64,000 nt of DNA, from contig CAWFKQ010000016.1 of assembly GCA_963816395.1 (NCBI GenBank), positions 256,001-320,000 of the forward strand, given 5' to 3'. The notes under the pieces were generated by a model. The model was not told where the DNA came from. It did no database searches and saw only the letters and a program-made list of their open reading frames with translations. Below are positions 58,079 through 64,000 of this stretch, piece by piece. A program made the position numbers and the translations under genes. The stretch comes from an uncultured delta proteobacterium. GTDB taxonomy: Bacteria > Desulfobacterota > Desulfuromonadia > Desulfuromonadales > JACZKF01. Each line of letters starts with the position of its first letter. The first letter of the stretch is position 1.

Positions 58079-60496
58079 ATGCCGACACTGACCATCGACA
58101 ACAAAACGATCACCGTCCCCGAGGGGACCAACGTCCTGGAAGCGGCGAAGGGGGTGGACATCGTCATCCCGCATTTCTGCTACCACGAGGCGCTGGGGGC
58201 GGTGGGGGCCTGCCGGCTGTGCGCCATGGACTTCGTCGACGGGCCGGTCAAGGGGATGCAGATGTCGTGCATGGTCAAGGCGCAGGACGGCATGGTGGTC
58301 TCCACCCTGGGCGAGCGGTCGGTCGATCTGCGCAAGCACGTGATCGAATGGCTGATGATCAACCATCCCCACGACTGCCCGGTCTGCGACGAGGGGGGGG
58401 AGTGCCAGCTGCAGGACATGACGGTGGCCGGCGGGCACGGCATCCGCCGCTTCGAGCGGCCGCAAGCGGACCTACGACAACCAGTATCTGGGGCCCTTCG
58501 TCTATCACGAGATGAACCGCTGCATCCAGTGCTATCGCTGCGTGCGCACCTACCAGGACTACTGCGGCGGCACCGATTTCGGCGTCCTCGGCTGCAACCA
58601 GCGCATCTATTTCGGCCGCTTCCGCGACGGCACGCTGGCGAGCCCCTTCTCCGGCAACATCGTCGACGCCTGCCCGACGGGGGTGTTCACCGACAAGACC
58701 TTCCGCTTCCAGGCCCGCTACTGGGACCTGGAGGAGGCGCCTTCGGTCTGCCCGCACTGCTCCCTGGGCTGCGCCGCCATCCCCGGCGCCCGCTACCGGG
58801 AACTGCAGCGGGTGCGCGCCGGGGTCAACCGGCAGACCAACGGCTTTTTCATCTGCGACCGGGGGCGCTTCGGTTACGGCCACGCCAACCATCCCGAGCG
58901 GCCCCGGCGGCCGCGCCTGGGGGAGCAGGAAACGACCTGGCCGGAAGCCCTGGCGGCGGCGCAGGCGACGCCTGGAGGAAATCGGAAAGGCGCACGGGCC
59001 GCAGGCGGTGGCCCTGCTCGGCTCCCCCCGCGCCTCCCTGGAGGCCAACTGGCTGCTGCGGCAGCTGGCCGGCTCCCTGGGCACGGACCGGATCGCTTTC
59101 GAGGTCAATCCCGGCCGCGACCGCACCGCCCGGGTGACCGCCGCCCGCCTCGGCGAGCTGGCGCGCAGCCAGGAGGAGATTCGCGGCAGCGACTGCCTGC
59201 TGCTGGTCGGCGCCGACCCCCTTAACGAGGGGCCGATGCTGGCGCTGGCGGTGCGCCAGGCGGTGCGCGGCCGGCGCGACGGCGGCGGTGATCGATCCCC
59301 GGCCGATCGAGCTCCCCTTCGCCGCGGTGCGCCTGCCGCTCTCGCCGGAGCGCCTGCCGGAGTTGCTCAAGGCGCTGCCGGAGGGGAAATTCGACGGCTT
59401 CAGCCGCCAGGAAGCCTCCATTCTGACCGGTATCGCCGCCCGCCTGGCGGCGGCGAAGCGGCCGGTACTGATCGGCGGCGGCGATCTGCTCGGGGCGCCC
59501 GGCGTGGAGGCGCTGCTGGCCGCCGCCCGCGCCCTCTCCCGGCCGGAGCGCCCCTGCGGCGCCGCGGTCCTGCTGGCCGGTCCCAACAGCTACGGCGGGG
59601 CCCTGCTGGCGGCCGACGGACCCGATTTCGCTGCCCTGCTGGACGGCATCGAGGCGGGGCGGATCAAGGCCCTGGTCTGCCTGGAAAGCGATCCCTTCGG
59701 CGACTACCCGGACCCGGCGCGGGCGCAGCGCGCTCTCGCCCGGCTGGAGCTGCTGCTGGTCCTCGACTACCTGCCGACGGTGGCGGCGGCCCGCGCCGAC
59801 ATTTTCCTCCCCACGACGGTTCCGGCGGAAGGGGCGGGGACCTTCGTCAACCACGAAGGGCGGATGCTCGCCTCTGCCGCGGTCTTCGATCCGGGAACGC
59901 CGATCCGGGCGACCGGCGGCGGCGACCACCCGCCGCGGGTCTTCGCGGCGTTCACCCCGGGCAGCCTGCCGCGGCCGGCCTGGAGCGTCCTGGCCGCCCT
60001 CCTCGGCGGTGCGGAGGAACAGCCCGCCCTGGAACAGGTGCGGCAGGAGCTGGCCGCCGCCGATCCCCGTTTCGCCGGGGTGGCCGGGCTGGCGGCGGAA
60101 AGCGAGGGCCGGCGGGTCTGCCGGCGGGCTGCCGGAGGAGGATGCGCGCTCCCGCCCCGCGCCGACCGCCGGCCGGACGACAGCCTGCGTCTGCTCGCCG
60201 TCGAAAACCTGTTCGGTTCGGAAATCATCGCCGCCTTTTCGCCGGTGCTCGACCCGGTGCGGCCGGCGCCGCATCTCTGGCTGCATGCCGACGACGCCGC
60301 CCGCCTGGGGCTGGTGGCCGGCGCCACCGCCCGCCTGAGCACCGAGGCCGGCGCGGTGGAAGCGACCGTGCGCCTCTCGGCGGCGATGGCTCCCGGAGTG
60401 GTGGTCGTGCCGCGCCTGCGCGGCACTCCCCTGGAGGATTTCGTCCCGGGCGGCGGCTGGCGCGCCTGCCGGGTCGAGAAAGGAGGGGCGCCGTGA
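58079..60496 (+). CDS. nuoG: NADH-quinone oxidoreductase subunit G; frameshifted
   Basis: IPHFCYH, GACRLC, HPHDCPVCDEGGECQLQD, CIQCYRC, CPHCSLGC, ICDRGRF. Confidence 0.93.
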
Positions 60497-61482
60497 TCGA
60501 CTGGCTGACCATCCTGCTCATCGGCGTCAAGCTGGTCATCATCTTTGCCGTGGTCCTCACTCTGGCCGCCTACCTGGTGCTGGCCGAGCGCAAGATCCTG
60601 GCCCGCATGCAGCTGCGCCACGGTCCCAACCGGGTCGGGCCTTTCGGTCTGCTGCAGCCGCTGGCCGACGTGATCAAGCTGCTGACCAAGGAGGACTTCA
60701 TACCGGCGAATTCCGACCGCTGGATCTTCATGCTGGCGCCGGGCCTGGCGGCGGTGACCGCCCTGCTCGCCTTCGCCGTGGTCCCCTTTGCCCCGCCGAT
60801 CACCCTCTTCGGCCGACAGATCCCGATGGTGGTCTGCGATCTGAACGTCGGCGTCCTCTATTTCCTCGGCCTCTCCTCCCTGGCCGTCTACGGCGTGGCG
60901 CTGGGCGGGTGGGCCTCCAATTCCAAGTACTCGCTGCTCGGCGGCATCCGCGGCCTGGCCCAGCTCATCTCCTACGAGCTGCCGATGGGGCTGTCGGTGG
61001 TGCCGGTGATTCTGCAGGCGCGCTCCTTCTCCCTCACCGACATCGTCCTGGCCCAGCAGCCGATCCCCTTCCTGGTCACCAACCCGGTCGCCTTCCTCAT
61101 CTTCCTGATCAGCGTGGCGGCCGAGTCCCGGCGCATCCCCTTCGACCTGCCGGAGGCGGAGAACGAGATCGTGGCCGGCTTCCACACCGAATACTCGGGG
61201 ATGCGCTTCGGCCTGTTCTTCGTCGGCGAGTACATCAACATGATCATCCTCGGCTCGGTGACCACCGTCTTCTTTCTCGGCGGCTGGCTCGGGCCGTGGC
61301 TGCCGCCGGTGGTCTGGTTCGTCATCAAGGTGCTGGCGGTGGCCTTCGTCTTCATCTGGATGCGCGGCACCCTGCCGCGCCTGCGCTACGACCAGCTGAT
61401 GCACTTCGGCTGGAAGTTTCTCATTCCCCTCGCGCTGGTCAACGTGCTCGTGACGGGGGCGGTGCTGCTGTGGATAGGCTAG
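60493..61482 (+). CDS. nuoH: NADH-quinone oxidoreductase subunit H
   Basis: ERK...GPNRVGPFGLLQPLAD, ISYE, PFDLPEAE, PRLRYDQLM. Confidence 0.95.
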   Translation: MIDWLTILLIGVKLVIIFAVVLTLAAYLVLAERKILARMQLRHGPNRVGPFGLLQPLADVIKLLTKEDFIPANSDRWIFMLAPGLAAVTALLAFAVVPFAPPITLFGRQIPMVVCDLNVGVLYFLGLSSLAVYGVALGGWASNSKYSLLGGIRGLAQLISYELPMGLSVVPVILQARSFSLTDIVLAQQPIPFLVTNPVAFLIFLISVAAESRRIPFDLPEAENEIVAGFHTEYSGMRFGLFFVGEYINMIILGSVTTVFFLGGWLGPWLPPVVWFVIKVLAVAFVFIWMRGTLPRLRYDQLMHFGWKFLIPLALVNVLVTGAVLLWIG

Positions 61483-61484
61483 GA

Positions 61485-61520
61485 AATTTTGAATTTTGAA
61501 TGCTGAATTTTGAATTGAAT
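61485..61520. repeat. Single arm of the (TTTTGAA)n element
   Basis: AATTTTGAATTTTGAATGCTGAATTTTGAATTGAAT. Confidence 0.85.
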
Positions 61521-61546
61521 CAAGAGGAAGATGGGAAGGTTAGACA

Positions 61547-62077
61547 ATGCCGATCTGGCGCGACATCAAAGGCACCATCCAGCCGTTCTGGGTGACCCTG
61601 CGGAACATGTTCCGCAAGCCGGTGACGATCCAGTACCCGGAGCAGAAGCGCGTGCCGCCGCCGCGCTACCGGGCGCGGATCATCCTCACCCGCGATCCCG
61701 ACGGCGGCGAGCGCTGCGTCGCCTGCTACCTGTGCAGCGCCGCCTGCCCCGTCGACTGCATCTCCATGCAGTCGGCCGAACTGCCGAACGGCCGCCGCTA
61801 TGCCAGCTGGTTCCGCATCAATTTCTCCCGCTGCATCTACTGCGGGCTGTGCGCCGAGGCCTGCCCGACCTGGGCGATCCAGATGAGCCCGGACTATGAG
61901 TTCTCCAAGTACGCGACCCTGGACATGGTCTATGAAAAGGAAGACCTGCTGGTGGACCACGGCGGCAAGGACCAGGAATACAATTTCTACCGGCACGCCG
62001 GCATCGGGGTGGTCAATCCCCGCGGCGGCAACGAGGACGAGTACGGACCGGTGGATATCCGGACCAATCTGCCCTGA
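61547..62077 (+). CDS. nuoI: NADH-quinone oxidoreductase subunit I
   Basis: TIQYPE, CVACYLCSAACP, CIYCGLCAEACP. Confidence 0.96.
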   Translation: MPIWRDIKGTIQPFWVTLRNMFRKPVTIQYPEQKRVPPPRYRARIILTRDPDGGERCVACYLCSAACPVDCISMQSAELPNGRRYASWFRINFSRCIYCGLCAEACPTWAIQMSPDYEFSKYATLDMVYEKEDLLVDHGGKDQEYNFYRHAGIGVVNPRGGNEDEYGPVDIRTNLP

Positions 62078-62081
62078 AGGG

Positions 62082-62195
62082 AATTTTGAATTTTGAATTC
62101 TTAATTTTGAATTAAAAACTCAAAAACACGGAGCACGAAAGTCTTGAACTTGGATTTTGACCTTAATTCAAATCCAACATTTAAAATTCAAAATT
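62082..62195. repeat. (TTTTGAA)n inverted-repeat element
   Basis: Left arm 62082..62115 is identical to the reverse complement of 8476..8509; right arm at 62163..62195. Confidence 0.9.
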
Positions 62196-62196
62196 T

Positions 62197-62716
62197 ATGG
62201 CCGCTATTATCTTTTACATCCTCGCCTTGACCGCCCTGGCCGCCACTGCCATGTGCATCACCCGCCGCAACCCGGTGCATGCGGTGATCTACCTGGTCAA
62301 CGCCTTCTTCGCCCTGGCGCTGATCTTCTATCTGCTGGGGGCGCCGCTGGTGGCGGCCTGGGAGGTGATCATCTATGCCGGCGCGATCATGGTCCTGTTC
62401 CTGTTCATCATCATGATGCTGGAGCTGGCGCCGACCGAGGCGCCGGGCGGTCCCGGCTGGCGGCGCTGGGTGCCGGTGCTGCTGCTCGGGGCGATCCTGC
62501 TCGCCTGCACGGTGGCGCTGATGGCGGTCGATCCCGGAGCCCGGCAGGGCGTGCCCTTCTATTACGCTTCGCCGCGCGTCTTCGGCTACGCCCTGTTCCA
62601 CGAGTATGCCCTGGCGGTGCAGGTGGTCTCCTTTCAGCTCCTCTTCGCCGCCGTCGGCGCCTACTACGTCGGCCGCTCGCCGGCGGAGCCGGGACGACGG
62701 AGGGGAGGCGCCATGA
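62197..62716 (+). CDS. nuoJ: NADH-quinone oxidoreductase subunit J (reads in frame into nuoK in this sequence)
   Basis: NPVHAVIYL, IIYAGAIMVLFLFIIMML. Confidence 0.88.
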
Positions 62717-63018
62717 TCGTGCCGATGACCCATATCCTGGCTTTTTCCGGGGCGATGTTTTTCCTCGGCTTCGCCTGCGTGCTGGCGCAGCGCAACCTGA
62801 TCATGATTCTGATCGGGGTGGAAATCATGCTCAACGCCGTCGGGGTCACCCTGGCCGGGGCTTCCGCCCTCTGGCAGCGGGTCGACGGACAGATCTTCGT
62901 CATCTTTCTCATGGCCATGACCTCGGCCGAGGTCTCCATCTCCCTGGCGGTGGTGGTCTATCTCAGCCGGCGCAAGCGGTCGATCGAGGCCGACGCCTTC
63001 AACGAGATGAAGGGATGA
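62713..63018 (+). CDS. nuoK: NADH-quinone oxidoreductase subunit K
   Basis: RNLIMILIGVEIMLNA, GQIF, SAEVS; own GGAGG RBS. Confidence 0.92.
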   Translation: MIVPMTHILAFSGAMFFLGFACVLAQRNLIMILIGVEIMLNAVGVTLAGASALWQRVDGQIFVIFLMAMTSAEVSISLAVVVYLSRRKRSIEADAFNEMKG

Positions 63019-64000
63019 ACCCGCAGCTTCTTTTCCTCATACCCCTGCTTCCCCTGCTCGCCGCGGCGCTGAACGTGCTGGCGGGGTGGAAGCTGTCCCG
63101 GGCGGCCCTGGTCGCCACGGCGGTCGGCGGCGTGGCCCTGGCGACGGTGGCGACCTTCGTCCTCTGGCCGCTGGCGGCCGGCGAGGGAACCCGGGCAACC
63201 CTCTACACCTGGCTGGCGAGCGGCGAGGTGCAGATCCCGCTGACCATCTACTTCGACCGCCTCTCCGCGCCCATGGCGCTGATGGTCACCCTCGTCTCCA
63301 CCCTCATCCATCTCTACGCCGTCGGCTACATGGAGGAAGAGCGCGATTACACCCGCTTCTTCTTCCTGCTCAACCTCTTCGTCTTTGCCATGCTGACCAT
63401 CGTCCTGGCCGACAACCTTCTGTTCCTCTTCCTCGGCTGGGAGGGGGTGGGCTTCTGCTCCTATGCGCTGATCGGCTTCTGGTACCGCGACGAGAAGAAT
63501 GCCCTGGCCGGCCGCAAGGCCTTTCTGGTCACCCGGGCCGGCGACGTCTTTTTCGGCATCGCCATCCTCTGGCTGTTTTCCCTGACCGGCACCCTGTCGA
63601 TCAGCGGCATCAATCAGGCGGCCGCCTCCTTTCCCCCGGGCACCCTCACCGTGCTGGCCCTGCTCCTGCTCGCCGGCGCCTGCGGCAAGTCGGCGCAGCT
63701 GCCGCTGATGACCTGGCTGCCGGATGCCATGGCCGGCCCCACCCCGGTCTCGGCCCTGATCCACGCCGCCACCATGGTCACCGCCGGGGTCTATCTGCTG
63801 TGCCGGCTTTTTCCCCTGGTTTCCCTCTCGCCGCTGGCGATGGCGGTCATCGCCGCCATCGGCGCGGCCACCGCCTTCTACGCCGCCACCTGCGCCCTGG
63901 CGCAGCGGGAGATCAAGCGGGTGCTGGCCTATTCCACCATGAGCCAGGTGGGATACATGTTCCTGGCGGTGGGCGCCGGTTCGGTCGCCGCGGCCCTCTT
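63015..64000 (+). CDS. nuoL: NADH-quinone oxidoreductase subunit L, partial (runs off the right edge)
   Basis: IHLYAVGYM, FLGWEGVG, LIGFW, GKSAQLPL.TWLPDAMAGPTPVSALIHAATMV, KRVLAYSTMSQ. Confidence 0.95.
   Translation, partial: MNPQLLFLIPLLPLLAAALNVLAGWKLSRAALVATAVGGVALATVATFVLWPLAAGEGTRATLYTWLASGEVQIPLTIYFDRLSAPMALMVTLVSTLIHLYAVGYMEEERDYTRFFFLLNLFVFAMLTIVLADNLLFLFLGWEGVGFCSYALIGFWYRDEKNALAGRKAFLVTRAGDVFFGIAILWLFSLTGTLSISGINQAAASFPPGTLTVLALLLLAGACGKSAQLPLMTWLPDAMAGPTPVSALIHAATMVTAGVYLLCRLFPLVSLSPLAMAVIAAIGAATAFYAATCALAQREIKRVLAYSTMSQVGYMFLAVGAGSVAAAL

Overview
GC-rich chromosomal segment whose gene content and repeat families point to Desulfuromonadales/Geobacterales (inference). Many genes carry single-base indel frameshifts that look like consensus errors, so several calls below are stitched from two or more ORF fragments. 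Left arm: PAS sensor kinases, MFS transporters, CsbD, and a co-directional run of MCP, MBL hydrolase, TIGR04442-like protein and a divergent EF-G paralogue. A CheB/CheR and hybrid-kinase cluster follows, then glpD, pepA, two cold-shock genes, serA-hisZ-purA and tRNA-Lys/tRNA-Glu. Directly after tRNA-Glu is an AT-rich island with a ~985-bp near-identical duplication of an unknown two-gene module (~290-aa soluble protein plus 73-aa two-TM protein) and a RelE/ParE-type toxin-antitoxin pair bracketed by ~60-bp direct repeats. Right arm: methyltransferase, YceI, large NAD-glutamate dehydrogenase, TSUP, Kef-type antiporter, ArsR plus permease, rnhA and a nuoA-BCD-E-F-G-H-I-J-K-L operon. Intergenic gaps contain a CTAG-flanked MITE-like element and several 7-mer/9-mer repeat hairpins; one 34-bp arm is identical at two loci 54 kb apart, and in both the element abuts a start codon. 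No CRISPR array, rRNA, integrase or transposase was seen.
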